In this document: positions 51,225 to 64,000 of the stretch, one piece after another
Layout of the letters: every line of letters starts with the position of its first letter
Numbering within the stretch: the first letter of the stretch is position 1
Origin: Phoronis australis
Taxonomy: Eukaryota > Animalia > Phoronida
Assembly: GCA_002633005.1 (NCBI GenBank)
Contig: NMRA01000557.1
Location: 81,679 to 145,678, forward strand
Length of the DNA: 64,000 nucleotides
Reading direction: 5' to 3'
Translations under genes and position numbers: made by a program
Notes under the pieces: model-generated
What the model was told of the DNA's origin: nothing
Seen by the model: the letters and a program-made list of their open reading frames with translations, nothing else
Databases searched by the model: none

Positions 51225-51312
51225 CTGTCGCTGCTTCCCTTCAACTGAGTCAGACACAAGATAATCCCTGTAACGGCCGTCACAATTGGGAAGTGGTCGA
51301 CACTCTCAAGAC
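51225..51312 (-). CDS. RNF123: RNF123 exon
   Basis: GLESVDHFPIVTAVTGIILCLTQLKGSSD; cf. GLESVDHYPILVAVTGIL. Confidence 0.95.
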
Positions 51313-52106
51313 CTGTATGTAGAATGGAAAACAGAGTCAGATGCTTGATAATTCAGTGATTTTCATACATCCTTAAGAATTCAAAAGACAAATAAACTAC
51401 CGGCCATGCCTTCGGCGCGTTTTTGAAATGCATTCCTTACATCCAAATTTCATCAATGGGACTTTGACTCTGAGCAGCATAACCATTAAGTAGTTTGAGC
51501 ATGTTACAATACGGCATTGTAGACTCTTGTGCTTGCATACAATGTTATCCATTTGCTGGCAGTAATTGTACCACGTTTTGTCCATTAAAGTTCTTAAGCT
51601 GAAATAAACGGTTACCTAATAATAATAAACGCCTCTGATCATCATTATAGTATCTAGACATTAGAAGCAAAACAAGAAGTCAGGTGGGATAGGTGCAAGG
51701 TGACAAGGGCAATGTTCTCTTACAGTGGTCCTGGACGTTGAGACCAAGTTTGATGCCTGTTGTACAGTGGACAACATTAGTTATCAAAATGTGGGACACA
51801 TACATCCCACTACTTCAATGCCATGCAAATGCAACCTGGTGGACTCAGGTTTTGGCCGAAATGATAGATCACAATCACAATCAGTCAATTACAGGGGTCC
51901 TGGATTTTGAGAACCAGTTTGATGCCTATTTTTTCAGTGGAAAAAACTGGTTCTCAAAATGCGGGACCCCTAGAATCCATTATTTCCATGTCACATCAAT
52001 ATACTCTGATGGACTCAGGTTTTGGCCTAAATGATAGATCACAAGCATTTGAGCTAATCAGTGAGATTGGCTAGCAACTTAGACTACTTATTAGTAACAA
52101 TCTTAC

Positions 52107-52182
52107 CTGGCAACCCTGACGACACAACATTCTCAAACAGGTTTGCTTTAGCCGTTACTCTGTTCAACACCTGGCACAGTAA
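52107..52182 (-). CDS. RNF123: RNF123 exon
   Basis: [25 protein letters not shown]; cf. [20 protein letters not shown]. Confidence 0.95.
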
Positions 52183-53813
52183 CTGTTAGAAAAGAAAAGG
52201 CATCAGCGTGCTTAACATTATGTAGGACTCTTGAAAAATGGACAAATTTGGCAAACTCAAATGGCAGATCAGATTCAAATCTTTCAAATGCAATGTATTA
52301 TGCACTGTTCCCCAAATTAATGTTAGGAATTGTTCAATCTTTAAATGTTCCACCTATACAAGAGGAGCTATTGAAAATAAGACTTTAAGATTTTCATGAA
52401 AAAACTCAAACGTAGCACAAAACGAAAACGAAATACAGATTAGAAAACTGTGACAGCGTTTTTGAGATTTCATCTTGAACACTTATATCGAGCGAAACTT
52501 GGTCAAGTTATTGATATTGTTGTTATTCTATGGAGGTACCTTTCCCCATTTCCTAAATTTTAATAAAAATACATTATCACATTTATTAATCATATTAACA
52601 GGAGATTACTATAAAGTCAAGAATCAAACTCTACAGGCTTTCTACTTTAAGAAACTTAATGCTTTAACCGAGTTGAAGTCAATAGTTATGTACACATTAT
52701 CTGACTCAATACACAGTCTGATAAGGTACAACATAACCTTAACTGAAGCCTTCAGTGGCAATAACAGAGATTATGAAACAATTCAACGTAGTTTGTAGAC
52801 GCAAGAAAGAAAGAGATCAAAACAAATCTAATGTTGGGCCCTTGGCCACCAACATTCGCTTCAGACTCTAGTCACAATTGACCAAGCACATTGCGTCAAC
52901 TTATTAAAAACATGCTTATGGCATGCGTTTTGTCAAGTCGAGTCTGATTGACAAGTGAAGTTTGGTGATCAAATGGGTTAAACTGTATAAATTTCAATTG
53001 TGTCTAATTGTGAGAACTTTCACAACCATTTTAACACGCTCCCAATTTTGTGCAAGGAGCAACTGCAGTGATCATGGTACATTTACAGAAAAAATGACCC
53101 AGAATTCCGTCATGATGGCTGGGTGGAAGTCAAATTCATCAACAGAGTTGTCTCCCCTGATGACTGAGAATGAAGGGGAATTAACAGGTAAGTTAGTATT
53201 TAAAGGTTGTTACACCATTTTGTAATTAGAATTTTGAAACCCCTCCTATTGCGAGTTCCACTCCAATTCACATTGTGGAAGGATGATATAATTGAAGTCA
53301 TTAAAATTCCACTTAATTAATAAATTCAAGTTCAGGAATGTCAAAAAAATCTTCACCACTGAAGAAGACACTAGCTGTAGACTATTTGCAAATACAAGCA
53401 AGTGGAATCACCAGCCAAACATAACGGCTCTCAGGAAATGAAAATGAATAAGAGAAGACCGGTCGAGATGGCTAAGTATAATGGCAGCAACACAACAACT
53501 CTGAAGGTTATATAATGGTTCATAGTTAGAACGATCATAATTCTCTGTTTTTAATATGTCAACTTTTCCAAAGTGTGAAACACACAGCTCAGCTTAACCA
53601 TGCTTGTGTTATGCTCAGTACCCAATTCTTACTGTGCACTAATATCAACTAACAAGCAGCAATGGTGCACACCAAGAGTGAACCTTGCGGCATTCTAAAT
53701 CCAACGACCAGTCCCTGTAACAGTCAATGATGGGAAACCAAATCATTTCGAGATAAAGCCAGTCATGCGCAAAATGCCCAACTTCTGCCCAATCACGTGT
53801 TTAGTGTGCTCAC

Positions 53814-54002
53814 CTGAAACAGCCTAGACAGGAGCACCTCTGCCGCGGGTCGCTCGGGATCGGTGAACAGTTGGGGCCGAAGGTTAGCAACCAGCTCAAG
53901 CACGCGCAACAAACTGACGGTGATGTCAAAGCATGTGGCGCAGATCTTAAGTTGGCGGGAGTCTATGATGGCACGATCACCCCGTGTCGTGATCTGTTGC
54001 AA
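53814..54002 (-). CDS. RNF123: RNF123 exon
   Basis: LQQITTRGDRAIIDSRQLKICATCFDITVSLLRVLE...LLSRLFQ. Confidence 0.96.
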
Positions 54003-55504
54003 CTGAAATGAGTGAGGTGATGTATTGCAATACAGCCCGTATGGTTAGGGCAAAATTTCATGAATTTAGAACAGAATATAGTGGACAAGAGAAATTTCTA
54101 TTTTCTCAAAGCGATGGAGCAACAAAAAACCTTTGCTATTGTCAGTTTGTGTACCATAGCTCCACTAGAAAATGTTTTTTGAAATAATGTGGAAATTCAC
54201 AACAATGCTAAAAGAATTTGAAAAAAAGGAAAAGGGGAAAAAACGGCAAATATTTCTGTACAGAATTTGTGAGACTTTATTGTATACCATGACGTAATGA
54301 GAGTGAGAAAATCAGGGAAAGAAAGAATCGTTTGAAGACAACGAGAGTAAAGACAGTGGCGCAAAAACATTCTGTTACATCGTTGAAATGTAGTGCCTGA
54401 TGCGACGGTGACTGAAGTCCTCCCAATAATTCACATGCTGTTGAGTCCATAAACAATGCTTTAAATACAGAAATCTTATGGGTAGCAAATGAATGAACAT
54501 CATTCACTGAAATAAAATATTGAAAGTTTAAGAAAGTCAATCTCCTCGCGGAGATTCACAATAACTTAATAAATAAACAGTCACAGACCTCTCATACTAT
54601 TTATCACTTAACAGTTTATGGCATGTGCATGACTTATGACAATCATACCTTCCTCAGAGTCCTCTCATAAGTTCAGAATCACCGCATGATAGTGTACCCG
54701 TACAGAAATATTACCAGTAACCAAGTAACAATAGCTGATTATAAACACAGTGTTGACTGTAGTCCCTAATTAACATCTTCATGGATCAATTACAAACAGC
54801 GTCAGCAAATACGTCAACATGGTTCCAACTATTTTCTCATTAACAGATTCAAGGATTTTTCAAGTCCTTTTTCCCTGCACCCCCCTTGAGGAAATTCACA
54901 CTATCGTACATGTCTGCAAAATATCTCTGAGATTTCTCAAGTGAACGAACGTGGTCTGAACCGACAGCTTGTTTTTGGCACTCTTGATAAAAAATTATCA
55001 AATAAGACTGAATAATTTTACAACACAACATAGATACTATTTGGAAATCGAATAATTTTCAAGGTCCTTGCAGCATAAGCCCGCCTGATGCACCACAAAA
55101 GGCATCAGGCCACTTGCCATCTTTTTACGGTCCATATCAAGTGCAAAATCCATGGTAACCATGGATACAGTAAGAGTTCTTCAACTTGGGACAAGAACAA
55201 CTAAAACTTATTCCCAAATTTTCATTTATTCAGAGACTCATTGTTACAAAGGCTCAACTTTTTATCAGATTTTGTTTGGTAATAGCAAAACCATACACAC
55301 CATGCTCAAAACAAAATAACTTTACCTGAAATGTTATTTTTGTTGAGAAATTGGACAAAAGAAAATCTCACCTGTCTGCCATATTGTGTCTCAAACTTCA
55401 TGAACAAGTATTAACTAAAGGTGTGGCCATCTTAATTACAAATGAACAGGAGACCTTTAATAAAACTGGTACCAACACACGTAGCTCCACAGAGCAGCAC
55501 TGAC

Positions 55505-55644
55505 CTCCTGCAACATTCCTATGAACTCTGAGAAGGCCCAGTTGAGTTGGTTGAGCAAAGTATCCAGGAAGGATTTAGCCAGGTCGTAGTCTTCAGTCAG
55601 TAGTTCCTGCATCAGATTTTGGAGTAGGTGGGAGGGGCACGGCT
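55505..55644 (-). CDS. RNF123: RNF123 exon
   Basis: PCPSHLLQ...[23 protein letters not shown], a diagnostic RNF123 motif. Confidence 0.96.
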
Positions 55645-55897
55645 CTGGGGAACAAGGAGACAGAAAGGTTAAGCTCAAGAAAACAATGGATAATAAGTTA
55701 CATGGCTGTATTATCTAACTGTTAAAAAGTTAGTTGAATTTTTCGATTTATTGCCTGATTCATTTAGTATAAAGTGTAGGTCTTTTAGTTTCAATTAAAA
55801 CTATTCAATATATAATTGTCACTTACACGACTATGTCAACAATTTATGAGTGTTTTCAAATGGTATTTTTCAGAACCAACAATGGTAATCATGGCAA

Positions 55898-55961
55898 AAC
55901 TGTGTCACACTCCACCAAACTGTGTCACACTCCATCAAACTGTGTCGCACTCCACCAAACT
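55898..55961. repeat. Three-copy 20-bp tandem repeat
   Basis: AAACTGTGTC(A/G)CACTCCA(C/T)C three times. Confidence 0.88.
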
Positions 55962-56961
55962 AGGACAGAATTCTTGCCAGAATTAACACGCAGCAAAGGT
56001 GAACTTTTGCAACAATAAAATATAAAAACCCGATGCTTGGCTTGACATGCCAACTTGCCAAACAAAATCTGAGGTCGCCAAAACTGGTGTCGAAAGCTGC
56101 CGACCAAAAACAAAATGTTGTACTGCTCGCCATTCTCAGCATTACAAAAAATTACGCTTTTGGATGCCTCTTCCAGTCTCCCCATAAATATACAACGTTC
56201 AATCTCTAACTCAACAGAGAATGCAAATCAGATACACTGAGGCACGTGTTTCATGGTTCGACCTTGTCAGATTTTTGATGAACAATTTCGAATTTCGACT
56301 GTTTACTTCAGTAGAATTTAGGCACGTGTTCGACGTGTGCTGAATGGTGAGGGTGGCAAATGCACTGACTTCATGAAATAAACGAAACAGTTGTAACCCA
56401 AAGATAGTGATTTTTGAAGATTGGAAGTCACAACTTAGGAATTTTGAGAGAATTATTGTCCAACATTGATACTCCATGGTGACTTGGGATTTTTCAGAGG
56501 TCGCCAAACACAATCAGAAATTCCATGAACATCTTCTTTTCTTTGGAGATTAGGGGACAGAGCCAGGAGTTTGTAATAACTATTGTTTGTCTGTGGCAAA
56601 ATTCTTCACCAAACAGTTTAGGCAGTGCGGATCAAAAATTAGTAAATGAAAATTGAAGTTTTCCATTGCTTGAACGACAAAAAATCCACAACCATCTGTC
56701 ACATGTCAGAATGAGAACTATCATGGTATGCAAGAGCTTTAGAGTATAATATCAGCCTCTATTGTGTAAACTGTCTGAGCAATACAATGATGCGACTTGA
56801 CTTGCACACACGTCCACCAAATCAGCGAGTGATCTTATAATCCTAAAGGCATGGAGTGAAATATGAATGGGGGAGGGTGTCATGCATAGTATATTTTGGT
56901 TTTCTGATCAACCTGAGGGTATGCATTTACTACAGCATTACATAAAGTCAAACAGACATAC

Positions 56962-57052
56962 CTTGCAAACTGGCCTGGCCGATCTCCTGAGTTTGTGTTT
57001 TGGCCGGCATCAAATGTGGCAGATGTCTGTAGCGAAAAGCAAAGCCATCGCC
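56962..57052 (-). CDS. RNF123: RNF123 exon
   Basis: GDGFAFRYRHLPHLMPAKTQTQEIGQASLQ; cf. GCGFGYRYTRLPHLL. Confidence 0.93.
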
Positions 57053-57212
57053 CTAAAAGGTTAATGTAGACACTGTCAGACAGATTATCATTCATGCTGA
57101 GGGTTCTGAGTCCAACTCAAATTTCTGAAATCTTGCACGATTTATGAAATTTTAAGTAAAATGGCATTTCGCATTTTTACAGGCAGATGAGTAGACAGAT
57201 AAGTCAACTAAC

Positions 57213-57300
57213 CTTCCAAATCCTCGCCAGCATCCAATTCGTTTGAGCCCATGCTCGATTTTCATATGGTGCCAGTAATGCCCTGGCCATTTTCTGTAGG
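57213..57300 (-). CDS. RNF123: RNF123 exon
   Basis: [29 protein letters not shown]; cf. [21 protein letters not shown]. Confidence 0.95.
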
Positions 57301-57515
57301 CTATAAAAAAGACAACAAAGTAAGGATCAAGCATCACAATAACCTTTGTGTTCTCCTTAGCTTGTAACACATTGCAGTGGTCTTGATATATGGTGCTCAA
57401 TAACTGTCAAGACATTGCTAAATACATACGGTAGAACTGAAGTTTGTCTATCTGTGTGTCTATCACAGACAAATGGAATGATAGGCGAGGGTCAGAGATT
57501 TTCAAATTACTAATA

Positions 57516-58778
57516 AAAAAAAAAACAGTGCAGGTGGTCTGATGTCATTTGCGGTACATCAGACGTGCGCAGGCCTCATGGTTGGGCCCATTGCACAAAA
57601 CACCTGAGCAAAGGCACGAGACCCCAATTATGGCTCCTCGTGAAGAAAGTTTTCAAGTCTGCCAGTCTCCTTTAGGAAAACGGACAGACATTTCCATTTG
57701 TTGCCATGCACTATATGTTGTAGGCATGTATCAATGCCATCCAGTAGGTTGCTCCTTAGCCTATAAAAAGCTGGGCAAGACTCTACCAGGTGTTTAGGAC
57801 ATTCTACGTCAGTACCACACTCGGGACACACAGGGCTCCCCGTATGGCCAGTAATGTGTCTGTGTCGGGCTTGGTTGCAGTGGCCCGTCAAAATTTGAAT
57901 GACGTGTCTTATACCCAATCTATCTAGACTCAGAAGGCTTTTTGAACCTTTTGGTTCGATCACGTTGGGAAAATTCTCCTTGGTCTCTCTGCAGGAGTTA
58001 AGTGATGCCCACTGGGCTGCTGACTGGGTATGTACCCAGTTGCGTATACTCATCCTGCAACATCCGTAAGATACCGGGATAGCAGGTTCAGGCACAAAAT
58101 GCAGAACGCTTGCTCCTATCTTTGCGAGTCTGTCTGCATTCTCATTGCCATCAATTCCCACATGGGCCCTGACCCAGCGTATATTGACGGTTCTTTCAAT
58201 TGCAAGCTTGTTAAGCTCATTAATACAAGCATTAACACAACGAGAGTTGACCCTTAGTTTCTTTAGGGCTTTTATTGCTGCCTGGCTATCTGAAAAGATG
58301 ATAATTGGCCGATTGCCAAGTTCAGTGTTATATTGTTGTGCCAATTGAGCAGCTCTATTAATTGCAGTGATCTCAGCCTGAAACACCGTGGCAAGATTGC
58401 CCAACGATACCCAGTTTTCTGCATCTGCAACAGGAAGGCTTGGAAAGTAGACCCCAGCACCTGTCTGGCCATTTTCCAGTTTAGAGCCGTCCGTATAACA
58501 AACCACCTCATTCTTGTGTTCTGCGGTAGGCCATCCATCGCCAATTTCCGTGAAGAAATTGTTTGTATGATTTAAAGTTGTGACCTGGACATCACTAGGC
58601 ATGTTCCATAGTTGCCCAGTCTTGGCCATTAGCTTATTGCAAACATTCCTGTGGCTTCTGTGTGCAACGGAGTCAGGAATGTTAGTTTTCACCCACTGAC
58701 CATTATATTTGAGACGAAGTGCAGCACATGCAGCTTCACCCTCAAGGTAATATGTTCAGTGGTGGTAGACCGATTAGT
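57516..58778 (-). mobile_element. 5'-truncated non-LTR retrotransposon (R1/LOA/I group) retaining RNase H and C-terminal zinc knuckle; ORF 57628-58692
   Basis: YTDGSK, VFQAEITAI, FSDSQAAIKAL, WVRAHVGIDGNENADRLAK and CPEC...E.PKHLVESCP, with an upstream GLPPL../EGEAACAALRL remnant. Candidate TSD CTAATA (57510-57515, 58779-58784). Confidence 0.9.
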
Positions 58779-60202
58779 CTAATACTAGAGTTTGCAAATA
58801 TTGCGATTGCCGATGAGGTGGACCATACATTATTCATACTTGATGTCTGGACGTTGCCCATTTCACAGATTATTGATGATCTCACTGTACTACAGAATTG
58901 AAATTCATTTGTTTGTCAACATAAATACTAAGCACTGATAGAGTTAAGGAGTGATTTACTCTGGACCAGAAGTCAAAAGTTCAATGTTTTTAGAGGCAAC
59001 CACATCAATAACAAGACGGGAGACACAAGAGACGTCCTATCAACCATCCCTTATGACATAAGCAATGTACTCCAGCCTCAAGCTGCCATCCGTTAGCCAT
59101 TTGCAGCACAACATCTTGGCACCAAGTCAACTTACGATAACACATGATGACCGCATGACACAGCATTATTCATCTGGCGAGTTGACCAGAGGTTAAGTTC
59201 TGATAGATCAGCATGGACTGGTCAGTATCAGGGTAATGTTAGTGAACGCACCTCACAACAAAGCACCAACAATTTGTCTTGACTTTAGCAAGATGGCTGT
59301 TCAAGTGATAATTCCTGTCATTCTGTTTTACTTTTACGTCCATCAATGGTAGGAAAATACAGTATTCGCTCAAATATAAGCTCCCAACTTGAGTATAGGA
59401 TTATCCCTTGGGTAGAGGCTTACTCCTTGGGAATAGACTCACCCCCAGGGTATTAGTCCACGAATTCCTATTTTGGGTTAAACTTGGGTACTGCGCTATA
59501 AGCCCACTCTAATGTTTTCAGTAACCACTTTTCAAGATATAAAGGCGCTTTCCTTAACCTCCCTCTCCACACTTAAACGTACTCTCAATCTTTTTTCGCT
59601 CATGCCCTGTCACAAGGCTGGCTAGTGCAAAATTGCCCAGTATAAATTTCAACAGACGTCGACTGCAGGCTTACAACGAATGGGTGAATGACGCGATCTG
59701 GGCACAAAATGTGCTATTCAAGCACATGGACTTAAACATGTGTGTCCGAAATAAGCCATTATATGGAAGACACCAGCTTGGTTTTCTGTCCAGCCATCAA
59801 GACCAGTAATGCCTGCAGGCACACAAAGTACGTAACAAAAATATTCCGACAAGATGGCACGGCATTACTGGTCATGATGGCTGGACGGAAGATCAATTCA
59901 CCATAGATTGTGCATTTCCCTCGTGACTCAAAATAAAAAAGAATTAACGGGAAATATGGTAACTAAATTTAAAGGTGGCTTAGCCATTCTGTATTATTAT
60001 AACTCTGCCCCTGTAATCGTTATAACCAGTAGCTTTTTCTGTTAGCCGAATCAGCCACTTCCGTCTTGGAATATAAGTAACTGTAGTAGCAATGTGGATA
60101 CAATACATAACCATGTTTTACACAGAAAGTGAACACACTGTTTAAATTAATGCTTTTCACATGGCATGGCAAGATATGGCTCTTTGAAAACAATGGACGT
60201 AC

Positions 60203-60290
60203 CTTTCCCTGGGTGATTTTTCCAGAGCTCTTAGCAGGGGTTTATAGCACATGGAACAGGCCAGGGTCTGTACTATGGAGTCCTTGGTGT
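60203..60290 (-). CDS. RNF123: RNF123 exon
   Basis: DTKDSIVQTLACSMCYKPLLRALEKSPRE; cf. [24 protein letters not shown]. Confidence 0.93.
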
Positions 60291-61302
60291 CTAGGCAAAG
60301 TATATCAAAAGCAAGCACTTTTAATTTACATATTAACTGATTTGTCTCTGACGTGAGGGGAAATGATATGTCTTCCCAAAGTCCAGAAGGGTACTGGTAA
60401 TCATGTGCCACTCAAAGGCTGAACAGCATGGTGAGGCAATTTCCACTAGGTGTCACTGTGACTACTCTTCTTCTTAGCACTCCAACTCTCAGTACACACT
60501 TCTCTTTTCACCAATCATTTCAATAAAGCTCAATAAAACCATGCCCTAAATAAACATGAGCTTAGCACGACTGTAATTTGTATTATCATATCTGTCAATA
60601 AAAAATTACTTTAGCCCTTTCTCAAAGTATTGAAATTAAACCAGGTCCTTACCCTTGAAAGCCACGACACATGGAACATACACAAGTAACTAATCTATAT
60701 TTTGGTACAGAATGATACAAAATCAAAATTTAAGTTTTAAGGACGCTTACAGTCAGTGTGGTGTGAGGGATTACTCATGAAGTAGCAGTAGATTAGACCA
60801 AAAAAGCATATTAACTAGTTATAGTCTGTACCCCGGCTCATTTTCAGACATGCTCTTGTCAAACAAAATGAAAACCTGCATCAATTTCACCCCAGATCTG
60901 GTGATTTTTATAAAGCTGTCAACAAGCAAGAGTAAGCAAGGTATGAAATGCCATGATTTGGTAAGTGATGGGCATAAAAAATAAACCCAGCATATCTCTT
61001 GATCGCTCAGATTGATTTTCTTTTCTGAAAAAAGTAAACAAAAAATAAACACCATGTCAATAATACCATTTTCGAAAAAAAAAAAAAACAGAGACGAGAA
61101 CCAACGGCAAAAGTCGGATATAACATGCCCGTATTTTGAGAACCAGTTTGATGCCCTTTATTCAGTGCTTCTCAAAATTCGGACACGTTACATTATAGCC
61201 GGACCAACCATGCTTTTTAGCTTCACAGTACAACAGCTAAAACTTTTTAGCTGAACACGGCAGGCAACTTCAAGTCAAAAACTAGAATGTAAGCACTCCT
61301 AC

Positions 61303-61377
61303 CTCCACTGACTATCCTGGTGTCGGAAAAGTGTACAGCCAAAAAGTTCATGAATTCCTCCTGGACATGTTCAAAGC
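61303..61377 (-). CDS. RNF123: RNF123 exon
   Basis: GFEHVQEEFMNFLAVHFSDTRIVSG; cf. LAKHFADARIV. Confidence 0.92.
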
Positions 61378-61695
61378 CTGGAACAAGATCATACATTCAA
61401 ACCATTTGTCAACAGAAATGACAAGTTAGTCAATCCAACGACTGCCAACCGCTATCTAACTATGACTTCCTCTATCAGGTAAATCTTTAAAATGAAATAA
61501 TGCTCTGTTATCAATATTCATATTAAGTTTGTGCAAGTTTGAGAATCTTTACTAATAATATTAAGCAAAAACACTGTCTAATTTCCAAACGATTTAGCAT
61601 TATACATGTGTTTTCCTTCTGCTTAATAGCCAAAGGAAATCATGGAAATTCAGGCACTTTTTAAATACTACTGTATGTAGAACAGATACGCCCAC

Positions 61696-61873
61696 CTTCC
61701 AGGTGCTCATAATCTATAGTCGGGTAAAAGCAGCTCCTCTGTACGTTGAATGCATTGATGCCCACCTCCACGTAGTACTCAGGGACAAACAGGAAGAAAG
61801 CGCCCTGTTTTGATGCTGTCTGAAGTGTCAACAGTGTGGACTTCAACAGCCAGAAGATGTCACGCTGCTTTTC
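61696..61873 (-). CDS. RNF123: RNF123 exon
   Basis: EKQRDIFWLLKSTLLTL...GAFFLFVPEYYVEVGINAF...; cf. EKMLDIYWLL...FAFMPEFY. Confidence 0.94.
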
Positions 61874-62514
61874 CTGGAGAGGGAAAAATGTCAAACGATT
61901 AATTTCAAGCTGAATTAATACTTAACTTCTCCAGCAATTAAATTGCTCATATATGTGCTCAATGTTGCATGTGAACACTGGACTCTTGTTCACATGACAC
62001 GACCATTTGTAAGCAATCAAATAATGTGCAGGACTGGTGAAATGAAATCACTGGATAGTTAAAAATTCAGAGCTATGTACGCATGAAATGAAGCAAAATA
62101 GTAGTCTCGTGAATTAAAAACTAGATTTTTTAACTTGGTAGAAGTACGTACTTTGAAGTAGAAAAAACGCAGAACTAATTAGTTTGATTTTTGGGTATAC
62201 ATTGATCTGCCATTAATTGGGTCACGTGACAATGAAAAAGAAAGGTAAACCAAAACAGCAGTATCAGTATCATGACCAAATTTTGTTTGATATCAACGTT
62301 CAAAAATACCCGTCTGTATGTTTTTTAATAATTAAATTCGTTTGATACAAATCATTACAAATAGACCCTGTCATCTTTTGATAGTGTTGTGTAAAAGTAG
62401 AACACATTAAAAAAATTTCAAACAGCGTATTAGAAACCAGTATATATGAAACATAATACCCGAAAGTTTCATATTTATCCGAGCAGCCACACAATCTTCC
62501 AAAGTGAGCCGAAT

Positions 62515-62756
62515 TTGGACATTTCTCTAGAGACCTTTACACTAAACGTTGGACATTTCTCTAGCGGGTCCTTTACACTAAACGTTGGACATTTCTCTAG
62601 GGTCCTTTACACTAAACGTTGGACATTTCTCTAGGGTCCTTTACACTAAACGTTGGACATTTCTCTAGGGTCCTTTACACTAAACGTTCGACATTTCTCT
62701 ATGGTCCTTTACACTAAACGTTGGACATTTCTCTAGGGTCCTTCACACTAAACGTT
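62515..62756. repeat. 34-bp minisatellite, 7 copies
   Basis: Unit TTGGACATTTCTCTAGGGTCCTTTACACTAAACG, head-to-tail without spacers. Confidence 0.96.
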
Positions 62757-62910
62757 TCTTAATGACAGTACTTGATTCATCTTGTTTTGTCCATGCTAAT
62801 GAACAGTGTGTGACATATAAGGCATAACTCCGTAGACAGCTGACTACTTAAGTCACTCAACATTTTGATCAAAAGATTCAATTTTGGACCGAAAAGAAGC
62901 AAGATTTTAC

Positions 62911-63018
62911 CTCGGTGAAGATGACGGATATAACCCAAGCCATGTGGCGAGACTGTTCGACAACTTTCTTTGCGAATACTTCACGGGCTCTTTCCAGTTC
63001 TTGCTTTATCTCAGCATA
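62911..63018 (-). CDS. RNF123: RNF123 exon
   Basis: YAEIKQELERAREVFAKKVVEQSRHMAWVISVIFTE; cf. KVFSEKLDHLSRRLAWV. Confidence 0.92.
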
Positions 63019-63425
63019 CTGAAATCGACATCTTACGCAAGGTGACTTCAACACATCAAATGGACGGTATACATCGATGACATATTTCTAGAGTCATACA
63101 TGACCTAAATCAACTAAAACCTATCAGTATGGTGGAGTTCGACCTGTTACAAGCTAACTGTTATGACAAATCAACAATCACCCCTTCAACTCATGCACGC
63201 CCCGCATGTTAAGATCAGTAACTCATCATTGCTTTTATTTTCCTACCGATCTCATATTATGAGAATTTCATGCAGCCTCAGAGTCATTTTAAATTTTATT
63301 TTAATGCTCTTGAGAATAGCGGATGTATCAACAATCGCAATGACACGATTGGATGAAACTTTCTGTAGTTGTTTCCATACACCACAGATAGATGCATCTA
63401 GGACTTGAGAAAATTCAGCTCTCAC

Positions 63426-63518
63426 CTGCTCATGATCCGGCTGCAGTCGCGCCATCTTCTGTTCCGTGTCGTGTAGTGAGCCGATGTACTCGCCAATAAC
63501 ATCGCGCAGACCTGCCAT
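63426..63518 (-). CDS. RNF123: RNF123 exon
   Basis: MAGLRDVIGEYIGSLHDTEQKMARLQPDHEQ; cf. [22 protein letters not shown]. Confidence 0.9.
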
Positions 63519-63892
63519 CTGCGAATTAATGTTAAACTTATAGGGTTTGTGACAAAGACATGGCGAGGACATGACATTCCATTTTCTTAAAACAGAGTAT
63601 TTCATTTGACACAAAAAAATTGTTTTCAACCACCTCTGCTTGCAGTCGTACACAGACTGATGGCTGAGTGTTTGAACTTTCAGCAGTAAAAAATCAACAT
63701 CATTGCCATGTTAGAGAACATAATATGATGTCATAGGTATCGAATAGAGGGCATTCATATTTTTGAAGTAAATGCCACGATTCATTGTTCTATCACATGC
63801 TTTTTTAACAAAAATATTTCCTCACATCCATCATGTTCTCAACGGAATCAATCCATTTTTACTGTTGGCATTTCATAAGATAAGCTATTTAC

Positions 63893-64000
63893 CTTCATCA
63901 ACTGTTTGTGAGCAGATGTGTTATAGAGCAGCACTAGGCCGTCAAGAATTTCCAACAGAAATGTCATCTTGGACTTGGACTTGGCTGCAGGACTACCACT
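63893..64000 (-). CDS. RNF123: RNF123 exon (continues beyond window)
   Basis: ...MTFLLEILDGLVLLYNTSAHKQLMK|gtaaa; cf. ELLDG.MM.YN.SVHQQLGK. Confidence 0.88.

Noticed and set aside
57628-58692. Host RNase H1 gene
   Set aside because: The LPPL remnant, zinc knuckle, 5' truncation and TSD indicate a non-LTR retrotransposon.
62515-62756. CRISPR-like array (34-bp repeats)
   Set aside because: Units are head-to-tail with no unique spacers, no cas genes, in a eukaryotic intron; it is a minisatellite.

Overview
AT-rich, intron-rich animal genomic DNA with two assembly gaps (1501-1834, 12182-12749). It is probably a marine invertebrate; a hemichordate or other deuterostome is my inference from gene content and repeat style. 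Three host genes can be reconstructed. (1) On +, the 3' part of a nuclear receptor: five GT-AG exons (338-26511) encoding hinge plus a complete ligand-binding domain that looks like a divergent NR7(/NR8)-type receptor. (2) On +, an intronless ~817-aa orphan protein with a signal peptide and about 8 predicted TM helices (34893-37346), followed by a decayed tandem paralog (~40040-42215) interrupted by a transposon. (3) On -, the 3' 16 exons of RNF123/KPC1, an E3 ligase with a C-terminal RING (64000->46531). The rest is dense in mobile elements: nested Helentron-type HINEs, an Academ relic, a HINE carrying seven co-oriented CTCF-consensus motifs, hAT fragments, TTAA-flanked Kolobok/T2-type MITEs (two copies inverted around the receptor's last exon and the TM gene), a young 666-bp foldback element with an 8-bp TSD, Tx1/L1 and R1/LOA-type LINE fragments, and a tRNA-derived SINE. 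There are no rRNA genes or CRISPR arrays. Coordinates and translations were read by eye, and family names come from recalled motifs, not database searches.
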